From IMG/VR virus record IMGVR_UViG_3300021142_000004: a stretch of DNA of 64,000 bases. One strand, written 5' to 3'. Both the position numbers and the translations under genes were made by a program. The first letter of the stretch is position 1. The number at the start of each line of letters is the position of its first letter. The notes beneath the pieces were generated by a model. That model had not been told where the DNA came from. It worked only from the letters and a program-made list of their open reading frames with translations, and searched no databases. This document shows positions 29,408 through 38,617 of the stretch, one piece after another. The stretch is from a virus.

Positions 29408-30284
29408 TAATTATATATTTTTTTATTATTCGATATACAGAGTTTGGATGTAAATTTACAATTTCACTAATTTCTTTATAAGTTAGTTTATCTTTTAGTT
29501 CTCTTATTTGTTTGTGTTTTTCTATGTCAGAATTAGGTGGAAATCCGTTATTAGTAGTCTCACTAAATCTTTTTAAACAATTTTTACATTTATAATTTTG
29601 TTTTTTTATATTTTTTAAATAAACAAATCCAGCTCGATTTAAATCAATATTTTTACAATGTGGACATTCTAATTTAAAATTGTTATTAAATTCATGAACC
29701 CCATATTTTTTTTGTTTTTCTAAATCTTTATATTCCCATATAAACCCACCAAAAGTTTTACGTTCTTTTCTACAAACCATACCTATATTTGAAGAATTTT
29801 TTAAACCTATTGTAAGTGCAGCAATTTTCATATTTTTAAATTCATTCAATTTATTTCCATTTAAATCATATTGTACTACTGGTTCACCCAGCTCTAATGA
29901 TTTTTTCATTTTAGAATACGTTAATTTTGATTCTTCAGACCATTTATTTCCTAATGTAGTTCCTGCCTTTGGTGTTAAATTAAACCCATTTTTTACAGAA
30001 TTATAAGTATCAATGTAAAATTGTTCTCTTTCTATTAAAAATTTAATATCAATATTTTCTTCAATTATATAAAATCTAAAAGACTCTTCACCATGTTTAT
30101 TCCAAGATCTTTGTAATTTTATGCTAGTGTGTTTTTTATTTTTTAATAAATTAAAATGAACTATTATTCTTTTTTTTAATTTAATAGTTGATCCAATATA
30201 AACTTTGTTGTTTATAATATTTTTTATCATATAAACACAATTATAACTAATAACATTAATTCTTTCTTTAAATATATATTCCAT
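29400..30284 (-). CDS. Free-standing GIY-YIG homing endonuclease with NUMOD1, zinc ribbon and HTH (likely start MEYIF at 30284)
   Basis: CVYMIKNIINNKVYIGST, RE..YI..YN..GFN, PVVQYDLNGNKLNEF...GGFIWEY, CPHC...CKNC and a terminal HTH. Confidence 0.88.
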   Translation of the reverse strand: MEYIFKERINVISYNCVYMIKNIINNKVYIGSTIKLKKRIIVHFNLLKNKKHTSIKLQRSWNKHGEESFRFYIIEENIDIKFLIEREQFYIDTYNSVKNGFNLTPKAGTTLGNKWSEESKLTYSKMKKSLELGEPVVQYDLNGNKLNEFKNMKIAALTIGLKNSSNIGMVCRKERKTFGGFIWEYKDLEKQKKYGVHEFNNNFKLECPHCKNIDLNRAGFVYLKNIKKQNYKCKNCLKRFSETTNNGFPPNSDIEKHKQIRELKDKLTYKEISEIVNLHPNSVYRIIKKYIINE

Positions 30285-30314
30285 AATTATAAATATATAA
30301 AATTTCAAAAAAAC

Positions 30315-30428
30315 CTAATGTCTGTTTAAACTTAAAATTTCAAGAATGTCGAAATTTTGTTTTAGTTCTACGGTAATATTTTGATCTACACCAATATTGG
30401 TGTAAATTCTATGTTTTTGTATACCCAT
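30315..30428 (-). pseudogene. Orphaned 37-aa copy of the N-terminus of the 25097-29407 protein
   Basis: MGIQKHRIYTNIGVDQNITVELKQNFDILEILSLNRH* compared with MNKYRISTNIGKDQFLTINLENSYDLLEILSLK. Confidence 0.85.
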
Positions 30429-30484
30429 ATTTATATAAATAGAAAAAAATTAATTTTCTAATTTTAATATAAATAATTTTAAGA

Positions 30485-32317
30485 TCAATATGTAGTCGTT
30501 CCTAAAGTTTTTAACCTAACTTTTATATCGGTATTTGGTATTCTAATTTGAAATATTTGATTTGACTTCATAAAAATAGTCATATCTTGTTGTTGAATTT
30601 CCATTGTTATAGAGTCAACAAAATCTTGTGCAACTTGAGATGTAGAATAATTACCACCAATTAAATTATAAACTCTAACATCAACCACATTAACCACACC
30701 ATTAACACTACCTAATTGTCTAATTAAATCACCAACAAATAATGGGTCACCCATTTTTCTTTTTGTAATATCGAAATAAGTTATTGTATCATTAATACAT
30801 GTTCTAACAATATCAGTTTGATTTGAGTTTTTGTCTATTATTAAGTCAATTTGTAAACCTAAATCAATTACTTCACCACTAACAATATCCAAATAATCAT
30901 TTATCATTCTATATTCAGAAAGGTATGTTAAAATATTATTTTTTAATGTGTTTGAAACGACATCAGTTAAATTACCTAATTCATCATATGATAATAATTT
31001 AATTTGAATCTTATTATCAACTTCCATTACATTTACCTTAGCAGGAGCACCAAATGTTGATGGCATTGTTTCTATTAGTGTTTTATAATCATTTAATGTT
31101 ACTGCCCTGTCTTGTGCAGCAAAATTATATGCAACCATATTTCTCATTTCTTCAACTGTTGGTTGGTCAGCACCCCCTACTGCTGGTGTTACATTTGTTA
31201 CATTTAATGATTGTGTGACTTGATCATTAACACTTGAATTTGGTCCTTGTACCGCAAAGTCAATATCGTCCACACTAGTTATAACATTAACACCTAAATT
31301 AGAATCTTTACCACCACCAATTCTATATTGAACAAATAATGTCGTTCCTACTTTTGGTGTTGCACCTAATGATAAATTATTAAGATATGAACCCAAGGAA
31401 ACTCTCATATTTCCTGTCATATAATCATCTAAATTAGATAATGGGTCAACAGAACCAGAACCAAATGTTAAAGAAAAATAACCCTGTGGGGTATATTCTG
31501 TAACAAATTTATTTGTAACAGGTAAATAAACACCAGATTTAAAATTTTGTGTATCTGATGCAGATGTTGGATCAGGTACAAATACTTTATCTTGTATCAT
31601 TGTCTTAACTTCATACCATTTGTTTTGTGAAGAATAAAATTCTGATGATGTTGGGTCAGCATTAAATGATGTACCTTCCTTATGTATAACAGAAGTAACA
31701 CCTAATACATTTTGTTCAGGTAAATATAGTTTTAAAAATGGTTTTTGATCTAAATTTGTAATTACTCTTCTATAAATTTTTGTAATACCATTAACAACCG
31801 GTTCTCTTTTAGTAATAGTATATGATATTAATTTATTATTGTTATCAAAATTTGGTATCTTTAAACGATTTGATTCACCCCTATCATTAAATGGATTTGA
31901 AAAATCAATATCATTAATTGTTTCGAATATTTGTCCACCACCAGAAACTTGTGCACCTGTTTTTAATACACCCAAATATCTACCGTCTTCTTTATCTCCT
32001 CTAACAGGAACATTAATTGAAAAATCACATAAGGCAACTGAAGGTCTTAAACCTGGTATTCTTATTCCATATGTTTTTGCAATGTGAAATAATGATTGTG
32101 TTTGTTGTGCAAAATCCAACATTGTTTCTTGCCAAACCCTATCAATATGAAAATGTAAATTATCCGCAACTGCGGCATTTAAATCCAATAATACTGAATA
32201 TATTGAAGCATCATTAGTATTACCCACTAAATTTGGGTAATAATCTGTTGTTAAGTTAACTAATTCTTGTCTTAATCCCGCAAAATCACGAACTGCGTAT
32301 GATATTTTTTTACTCAT
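30485..32317 (-). CDS. Baseplate wedge protein (T4 gp6 / baseplate J-like)
   Basis: RDFAGLRQEL, YRIGGG, GGAD...E.R, QDRAVTLNDY motifs. Confidence 0.88.
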   Translation of the reverse strand: MSKKISYAVRDFAGLRQELVNLTTDYYPNLVGNTNDASIYSVLLDLNAAVADNLHFHIDRVWQETMLDFAQQTQSLFHIAKTYGIRIPGLRPSVALCDFSINVPVRGDKEDGRYLGVLKTGAQVSGGGQIFETINDIDFSNPFNDRGESNRLKIPNFDNNNKLISYTITKREPVVNGITKIYRRVITNLDQKPFLKLYLPEQNVLGVTSVIHKEGTSFNADPTSSEFYSSQNKWYEVKTMIQDKVFVPDPTSASDTQNFKSGVYLPVTNKFVTEYTPQGYFSLTFGSGSVDPLSNLDDYMTGNMRVSLGSYLNNLSLGATPKVGTTLFVQYRIGGGKDSNLGVNVITSVDDIDFAVQGPNSSVNDQVTQSLNVTNVTPAVGGADQPTVEEMRNMVAYNFAAQDRAVTLNDYKTLIETMPSTFGAPAKVNVMEVDNKIQIKLLSYDELGNLTDVVSNTLKNNILTYLSEYRMINDYLDIVSGEVIDLGLQIDLIIDKNSNQTDIVRTCINDTITYFDITKRKMGDPLFVGDLIRQLGSVNGVVNVVDVRVYNLIGGNYSTSQVAQDFVDSITMEIQQQDMTIFMKSNQIFQIRIPNTDIKVRLKTLGTTTY

Positions 32318-32320
32318 GGT

Positions 32321-32773
32321 TTATATATTGATAATTATAAAATCGGAAGATGAAAATGCTCCATTATTTACAGTATAATCTATTTTTACTACTGCGGTAT
32401 ATGGTTCTGTGGACGCATCTGATACTCTAAATAATCTTTCATCTTCAAGTATATTTGATGTTACTTGATTATTTGGATCATCTTCTGCAGATGTTACTGT
32501 TATTGAATTAATATCTAAATTTGGGATATAATTTTTTACCGCTTCCCTAATTTCTGTTTCAATTAAATCCCAAGTAGTTTGGTCATTTGGTTCAAATATA
32601 AATTCATATAATCTAGTACCAAAATCGGGTAAATAATATCTACTACCTTTTCTTGTTAATATTAAATGAATTAAATCAGCACGAACTTCTCTTTCAGGAC
32701 TTTCTGTCATTTGTACAAAATGTCCTTTAAAACTATCTCTAAATGGAAAATCTACACCATATGTTACTGCCAT
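32321..32773 (-). CDS. Baseplate wedge subunit gp25-like (start probably MAVTYG at 32773)
   Basis: YGVDFPF...LILTRKGSRYYLPDFGTRLYEFIFEP gp25/GpW motif. Confidence 0.88.
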   Translation of the reverse strand: MAVTYGVDFPFRDSFKGHFVQMTESPEREVRADLIHLILTRKGSRYYLPDFGTRLYEFIFEPNDQTTWDLIETEIREAVKNYIPNLDINSITVTSAEDDPNNQVTSNILEDERLFRVSDASTEPYTAVVKIDYTVNNGAFSSSDFIIINI

Positions 32774-32809
32774 ATTCATAAATATAGTAAATATCAAAAT
32801 GGTAATAAA

Positions 32810-34165
32810 TGACATCCTATCATTGTCTAAAAAACAATAAAATTACCAATTGAGGAATGGTTATTACAAACATTAAAGTTCATAATTACATTAGTATAAT
32901 CTAATGGCTCTGTCATAGAAGCAAGGTGATTGTCATAATATCTTTTCAAAATATTAATAGCCGAATTTAAATCTCTATCTATTTCGACTTTATCACTTAA
33001 TTTAACAATTCTATCTTTTAATTCTACCTTATTCTTAAATATTTTTCCTGTTAAAGAATTAAGTTGTGTTGTATTTCTTTCATTTATCTTAATTAAATCA
33101 CATTGTTTATTTTGTAATTTATATTTAAGAAATTCTAAGAACATATTAATATTAGATTCATTAAATGATTTTCTAATACTTTTTTTATTCTTATTAATAC
33201 CTTCTATTGACATTAAAGATTTAATTGTTAATTCACCTACTACAATTGTTTTGTAGTTCATATTCACTAATTGTTTACTCTGAATATGTAGAGTTTCTTT
33301 TATTTGAGTATTTTTTTTAGAATATAATTTTTTCTTAACCTTATTTAGTTTATTGTAATTTTTACTTCCTTTTTCTTTTTTACTTAATTTAGATTTAATT
33401 TCATTAATTTGTTTACCAAAATACTGATTAATCTTTTTAGCTTTATTCTTTAAGATAAATACATTACCTTTATTATCCACACCAGTTCCTAAATTTTTTA
33501 ATCCCAAATCAAACGCCAATACCTTAGTATTAATTATAACATTATCATTATATGATATTGTGTCGTTAATCACAATATCACATAACCATTTATTATTATT
33601 ATTATTAAATTTAACACAAATTTGTTTAATATTTAATTCTGATACATTAGTTAGGTTAGATTTATAGTTAAATAATATTTTATTTATTTGTATTTTATTA
33701 TCTTTAAATACCCAACCTGATTGGTTAAAAACTAAGGTATGATATCTTCCTAATTCTTTTTGTTTAGGCGGTTTTGCTGTATTATCTTTTTTAATTAGGG
33801 TAAAGAATGATTGATATGATTGGGAGACTTCGGTTGCAATTGTTTGTATTGCCTTTGCGTTAAGTAATTTCCATTCTGGTTTTGTTACATTTTTTAATTT
33901 TGGAAGAAGATTAATTAATTCGAATTTTGAATATATTTTTTTATTTATTTCGTAATATTTTTGTTGAATATCAATAAGAGTATTCCATACATCCATTCTA
34001 ATATTCGACAACTGGTTAAGTTGTAATATTTGTTCTTGAGTTGGAAATAATCTAATTGAGTATGTTTTCATATTTTATATAAATAACTTATTACTTATTT
34101 ACATAAATATAAATTAAATTGTGAAAAAATTGGTTCTGTGGGAAATTTGACTATATTTTCTGAAT
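32810..34165 (-). mobile_element. Putative non-autonomous IS200/IS605-family element (ends approximate)
   Basis: tnpB followed by ...GATAGGATGTCA (32810-32821), which resembles family right ends; an imperfect 13-bp hairpin lies at 34074-34107. Confidence 0.55.
32827..34071 (-). CDS. tnpB: TnpB-family RNA-guided endonuclease (IS200/IS605; solo, IS1341-like)
   Basis: KTYSIRLFPT HTH start, RuvC-I AFDLGLK, RuvC-II VVGEL and RuvC-III DRDLNSAINI; no adjacent tnpA. Confidence 0.92.
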   Translation of the reverse strand: MKTYSIRLFPTQEQILQLNQLSNIRMDVWNTLIDIQQKYYEINKKIYSKFELINLLPKLKNVTKPEWKLLNAKAIQTIATEVSQSYQSFFTLIKKDNTAKPPKQKELGRYHTLVFNQSGWVFKDNKIQINKILFNYKSNLTNVSELNIKQICVKFNNNNNKWLCDIVINDTISYNDNVIINTKVLAFDLGLKNLGTGVDNKGNVFILKNKAKKINQYFGKQINEIKSKLSKKEKGSKNYNKLNKVKKKLYSKKNTQIKETLHIQSKQLVNMNYKTIVVGELTIKSLMSIEGINKNKKSIRKSFNESNINMFLEFLKYKLQNKQCDLIKINERNTTQLNSLTGKIFKNKVELKDRIVKLSDKVEIDRDLNSAINILKRYYDNHLASMTEPLDYTNVIMNFNVCNNHSSIGNFIVF

Positions 34166-34174
34166 CTAATAAAT

Positions 34175-34209
34175 AAAAAATCCCAATACTTTTAATATTG
34201 GGATTTTTT
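34175..34209. terminator. Bidirectional intrinsic terminator after nrdA
   Basis: AAAAAATCCCAATA-N7-TATTGGGATTTTTT perfect stem with A/T runs on both sides. Confidence 0.85.
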
Positions 34210-34917
34210 TTATGAACTACAACCTACACATTCAAATATAGAATCTGTTGGTTTAGTTGTTTCAACATAATCTACTTTAGGTTTATCGGTCTTAGTTTGT
34301 TGAATTTTTGTTGTATCTAACGCCAAGTGTTTTGCTCCCGTTGATATCGCCTTTGTTCTAACATAATAACATAATGTTTTAAGACCCCTCTCCCATGAAT
34401 AAAAATGTGAAGATGAAATTTTTGATAATGTTGGGTTTGACATATATATGTTCATTGACTGAGACTGATCAATAAATGGTCCTCTATCTGCTGACATATT
34501 AATCAATTCTTTCTGTGAAATTTCCCAAATTGTTTTATATTTTAAAATCAAATGTTCAATTCTTTGAATTTTTTTAGTATAATTCTTTTCTTCTTTATCC
34601 AAATAATTATTAAAATTAATATTTTGAATAGAACCATCATTCATAATAATCTCATTCTTTAATTCTTCAGACCAAATACCAAGTTTTTCAAAATCATTAA
34701 TCAAATATTTGTTAACAATCAATATCTCACCACCAACTACTCTTCTGTTAAATAATGCAGAGTGTGCAGGTTCTGTCATCTCAAATGAACCTGTGATTTT
34801 AGCAGAACTATTGTGACTAACACAACCATTTTCAGTTATGTAATGGTGATCATTTTCAACTTCAATATCCCATACGGGTTCTTTTAGAATTGATTTAGTA
34901 ATTTTTTTTATTTTCAT
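34210..34917 (-). CDS. nrdA: Class Ia ribonucleotide reductase alpha, fragment 3, with a 36-aa IntC (34810-34917)
   Basis: VWDIEVENDHHYITENGCVSHN|SSAKITG; IDQSQSMN, GLKTLCYY and C-terminal CVGC. Confidence 0.93.
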   Translation of the reverse strand: MKIKKITKSILKEPVWDIEVENDHHYITENGCVSHNSSAKITGSFEMTEPAHSALFNRRVVGGEILIVNKYLINDFEKLGIWSEELKNEIIMNDGSIQNINFNNYLDKEEKNYTKKIQRIEHLILKYKTIWEISQKELINMSADRGPFIDQSQSMNIYMSNPTLSKISSSHFYSWERGLKTLCYYVRTKAISTGAKHLALDTTKIQQTKTDKPKVDYVETTKPTDSIFECVGCSS

Positions 34918-36379
34918 AATTTATACCTTTTTTATTTAAAAAATTTTTTAATTTTTCTTCATTAAAATAAAACCCATCTTCTTCCCATAATATTAAAACT
35001 TCAAAACCATTATTTATTGCAATATTAATTTTTTCTTTATCTTTATTTATTACTTTAATTGGGTCAACAATTTTATTTTTGAATTTTTTTATTGATTCGT
35101 TAATCTCATGTTTCTCCCAATTAGGATGCCAATAACTACCATTATATTCTATAATTATTTTTTTGTTTTTTAAGGTAAAATCATAGAAATAAATGTTTTT
35201 TTTATCTTTAATAAAATATTCTTTATTATTTTCCACACCTAAATAAACATCGTCATAATTATTTTCAATTAAAAAATCATATAATGGTTTAAAATGTCTT
35301 AAACTACTTTTACTTGCCTTTAAGATTTTAACAAATAATTTTTCTTTAGTCTCTTGATATTTTTTAAAACCTTTTTCGTAATCGTTTTCTTTTTTAATAA
35401 AATAACCTAAAGATTTATTATCCGATAATTTACATTTTTCTTTATACAATAATTCACCATTTTCGTCATACTTTTTTTTAAAAAAATCCAAACTATTAGA
35501 ATCTTTTTTTTGATTTTTAATTTTATACTCTTTTAAACTTTTTTCTAAATCGTCATATTTTTTTAAAAAATAATTTAAACTTGAATTGTCTTTTTTAAGA
35601 TTATTTTCGATATATTTTTCAATGTATATATTGTCACCATATTTTTTTTTGAAAAAATTTAAATTAATTGTTGTTTTTTTATTTTTTTCATCAAATATTT
35701 GTTTTGATTTTTCAACATCTCCATTTGATTTTTTCAACGCCCAAGAAAGGGATGATGAATCTTTTTTAATGTAATTTTCCCATTTTTCTAACCATTCACT
35801 TCCATATCTTATTTTAAAATTTTCTATAGTGTTTTTACTTTTATTAACATAATCGTCATATTTCTGAATACCTTCTTTTTCGCCGTATTTTTTTATAAAA
35901 TTAATTTTAGTAGTTGATTTTTTAGTTTTATAAGAAAATATTTTTTCCAAAGCTTCTTCTTCAGTAAATCCTAGATTAATATAATAATTTTTATCATAGT
36001 ATTTTGAAAATTGTTTTTGATTATTTTTAAATTTTTCATTGCCAATTTCATCTCCATACATTAAACATAAAAATGTTTTACTGTTAGAATCATTTAAATT
36101 CATCATTTTATAATTTAAAAATTTAACCATTCTATCAATATCGATATTTGTTTTATTATTTTCAATGTATTTTATAACACTTCTAATTTGTTTTTTGTTT
36201 TTAATAAAAATATCAATTATTTCAAATGGTTTAATTTTTTCATCGCTAATTTCTAATATTTTAAATAAAAAACTTTCATCTCCATTAATTTTTATAACGT
36301 TTTCATCTAAATTTAACATAAAAAAAATAATACTGTTTTTAGTTTTAATTTTGGTATTGTTGAAAAATAACATATTCAT
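34895..36379 (-). CDS. Free-standing Vsr-like (EDxHD/DUF559-type) homing endonuclease with KYG helical repeats
   Basis: C-terminal YFYDF...IIIEYNGSYWH...D..K...GFEVLILWE and repeated KKYG-x-E units; lies between nrdA fragments 2 and 3. Confidence 0.8.
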   Translation of the reverse strand: MNMLFFNNTKIKTKNSIIFFMLNLDENVIKINGDESFLFKILEISDEKIKPFEIIDIFIKNKKQIRSVIKYIENNKTNIDIDRMVKFLNYKMMNLNDSNSKTFLCLMYGDEIGNEKFKNNQKQFSKYYDKNYYINLGFTEEEALEKIFSYKTKKSTTKINFIKKYGEKEGIQKYDDYVNKSKNTIENFKIRYGSEWLEKWENYIKKDSSSLSWALKKSNGDVEKSKQIFDEKNKKTTINLNFFKKKYGDNIYIEKYIENNLKKDNSSLNYFLKKYDDLEKSLKEYKIKNQKKDSNSLDFFKKKYDENGELLYKEKCKLSDNKSLGYFIKKENDYEKGFKKYQETKEKLFVKILKASKSSLRHFKPLYDFLIENNYDDVYLGVENNKEYFIKDKKNIYFYDFTLKNKKIIIEYNGSYWHPNWEKHEINESIKKFKNKIVDPIKVINKDKEKINIAINNGFEVLILWEEDGFYFNEEKLKNFLNKKGINYENKKNY

Positions 36380-36409
36380 ATTAATTGTTTTTTATAAATA
36401 TGTTATTTT
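36364..36409 (-). promoter_or_regulatory. Start-codon-sequestering hairpin with TATTTAT in its 5' arm
   Basis: AAAATAACATATTTAT pairs with ATGAATATGTTATTTT (16 bp, one G-U). Confidence 0.75.
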
Positions 36410-36438
36410 ATTTTTTTTTAACACGTAAATGACAGATA

Positions 36439-37419
36439 TTATTCGTTTATATTAATTATGTCATCATTTTCATTTAAATCTTTAACTTTAACCCATATGT
36501 TTTCATTATTTCTATTAATTAAAAATTTATGTTCCGGACTACATTTAAAAATAGTACCGTCTTCCATTTCTATATTAATAATTTCAGAGTAACCGTTGTA
36601 ATAAATTTTATCCGATATTGAATATCCATTTAAGGTTTTTATTAAAATTGGAGTTTTAAAATTATACCAAACACCACCATTTTCATTTTTTTCAATGTTA
36701 TCAACATCTATATCATTTAATTCACAAATCTCTTTAAAACTTAAAACACCCTTTTCAGTTATTACCTTTGTATCAGATGTTTGACAAGCTACTGGCATTT
36801 GTGCCGTAACTAAACTATTACAAACACCATATGTTTTAACATCTTCTTTTAATGTGTTCCAATCCCATAAACCTGATAGTTCAACATTATCCCACATATC
36901 AAATTGGAAAATACCTTTTGACATTGGTGAACCATCAAAACCTTCATAATTCAAATATTTACCAGTTTTACAAAGATCATTACTTTCAGTAATTGCCGCA
37001 AAATATATTGTTTCAAATATTTGTTTATTTAATTTTTTTGCCTCCTCTGATGTGAAAATATAATCTAACAAATAAAATACATCTGCTAATCCTTGAGTAC
37101 CAATTGCAATTGCTCTTTGTTCTAATCCACCCTTTCTACCTTTTTGAGTAGAATAACTATTGATATCAATTACTTTATTAAGTGCATTAACTACTTTCCT
37201 TACTTCTTTATACAATAGTTGGAAATCAAATTTACCATCAACAATAAAGTTCTTTAAAACAATAGAAGATAATGTACAGATTGCAGTTGTTTCAGAATCA
37301 GTATATTGATAAATCTCACAATTATGTACCAATATATCATTACCATAAAAACATTCCGTTTCTGGTACTTGTATATCATATACGTCTTCTTTTTTAATTA
37401 ATTTATTTATTTTTATCAT
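36439..37419 (-). CDS. nrdA: NrdA fragment 2: IntC1 (33 aa), 178-aa extein, IntN2 (115 aa)
   Basis: VYDIQVP...NDILVHN|CEIYQY...AICTLSSI...AQMPVA|CQTSDTKV...KCSPEHKF...KDLNENDDI*. Confidence 0.93.
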   Translation of the reverse strand: MIKINKLIKKEDVYDIQVPETECFYGNDILVHNCEIYQYTDSETTAICTLSSIVLKNFIVDGKFDFQLLYKEVRKVVNALNKVIDINSYSTQKGRKGGLEQRAIAIGTQGLADVFYLLDYIFTSEEAKKLNKQIFETIYFAAITESNDLCKTGKYLNYEGFDGSPMSKGIFQFDMWDNVELSGLWDWNTLKEDVKTYGVCNSLVTAQMPVACQTSDTKVITEKGVLSFKEICELNDIDVDNIEKNENGGVWYNFKTPILIKTLNGYSISDKIYYNGYSEIINIEMEDGTIFKCSPEHKFLINRNNENIWVKVKDLNENDDIININE

Positions 37420-38575
37420 TTTTTAAATATTCAAATTTATATTTTTTATAAGTGTTTCTTTTACCTTTACATACAGACACTATTGCTGAAATATTACCAT
37501 TTTCAATACTTTTAGATGCCTCTGTCGCGCTTTGAAATACTGTTCTGTTACCATTGGAATCTATTTTAACAACAGATTTTTTTACCCCTTTAGGTATTTC
37601 AATTTTATATTCGCTATTTTCATATCTAAAAATGTTATCATAACTAGTGTTTTTTTTACATTTCCTACGAATAAACTCAACACAAAATCCATGTTCTTTG
37701 GACGCTTCGGAGGTGTTTTTATACTCAACTTCAACAGTGTCGTTTATGTTTTTTTTAAAAAAAACTTTTTTGTTAATTTTTTCTTTTATTTTAGGTTTAA
37801 TATAGTCATTTCTAAAAGATTTTAAAATAACTAAATCTTTATTTTCAAATTTCCAATGGTAATTTTTATGTGTTCCCCCATTTTTTAAACATGAATAAAG
37901 TCTAGACGGTGTTAATTTATATTTTTCAATTGCTGAGATTGTTGTTAATCTATCTAAAATTTCTTTTGTATTAATATCTATCATTTCAACAATTGGTAAT
38001 TTTTCTTTTCTAGTTTTAATTATTTTTCGTTTAGTCTCATCGCTCATTATTTTACCTTTATTCCAATGATTATTGTTTATTTTACGTAAATGGCTAAAAT
38101 TTTCTTCAATTGGCCTTTTAAAATTTGGATTTTTTTCTCCTGACCAATTTTTTGACAAAATTTTATTTATTTTATCTTTCTTATCGGGAATAAATTTTAA
38201 AATATCACCTCCTGTTCCACCATCAGTTATATTTGTTAAAATACCTCCATCAATACTTTTACCGTAAAATTTTATTAATTCACGTTCAATATTCAAAACT
38301 AAATTTTCATCTTCACTTTCGTAAACAATTATATAATTTGGTTCATAATTGTTTTCTTTTAATAATTTTACAGTTCTGCATTTATTGGGATTAACATCCC
38401 CATCGCATGATATCGGATTTTTAACATAATGGAACAAATGTCTTTTTATTTTATTTTTAGTTTCATGTAATCCCTTTCCAACATAAAACGGTTTGAAAGT
38501 GATTCCAGAATAATATGGATTATCATAATTACCTGGAAATCTATCATCCAATAAAACATACACATAATAATTCAT
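37403..38575 (-). CDS. Free-standing GIY-YIG-like homing endonuclease with NUMOD3/NUMOD1 repeats
   Basis: YYVYVLLD...PFYVGKG...R...E..LI..YG......LTNITDGG; WNKGKIMSDETKRKI; NUMOD1 tails; lies between nrdA fragments 1 and 2. Confidence 0.85.
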   Translation of the reverse strand: MNYYVYVLLDDRFPGNYDNPYYSGITFKPFYVGKGLHETKNKIKRHLFHYVKNPISCDGDVNPNKCRTVKLLKENNYEPNYIIVYESEDENLVLNIERELIKFYGKSIDGGILTNITDGGTGGDILKFIPDKKDKINKILSKNWSGEKNPNFKRPIEENFSHLRKINNNHWNKGKIMSDETKRKIIKTRKEKLPIVEMIDINTKEILDRLTTISAIEKYKLTPSRLYSCLKNGGTHKNYHWKFENKDLVILKSFRNDYIKPKIKEKINKKVFFKKNINDTVEVEYKNTSEASKEHGFCVEFIRRKCKKNTSYDNIFRYENSEYKIEIPKGVKKSVVKIDSNGNRTVFQSATEASKSIENGNISAIVSVCKGKRNTYKKYKFEYLKNDKNK

Positions 38576-38617
38576 AAAAATTGTTCATATATAAATATAT
38601 CAATAATGAGTAAACGA

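Noticed and set aside
32774-32815. Track start of the gp25-like ORF at 32815 (similarly 30308 and 9733 for other genes)
   Set aside because: The extensions overlap promoter motifs or the putative IS end. Downstream ATGs (32773, 30284, 9715) fit the motifs better.
34918-38617. Group I introns explaining the nrdA interruptions
   Set aside because: Each break is flanked by complete intein N- and C-terminal motifs, and the gaps are almost entirely filled by HEG ORFs, leaving no room for a ribozyme core.
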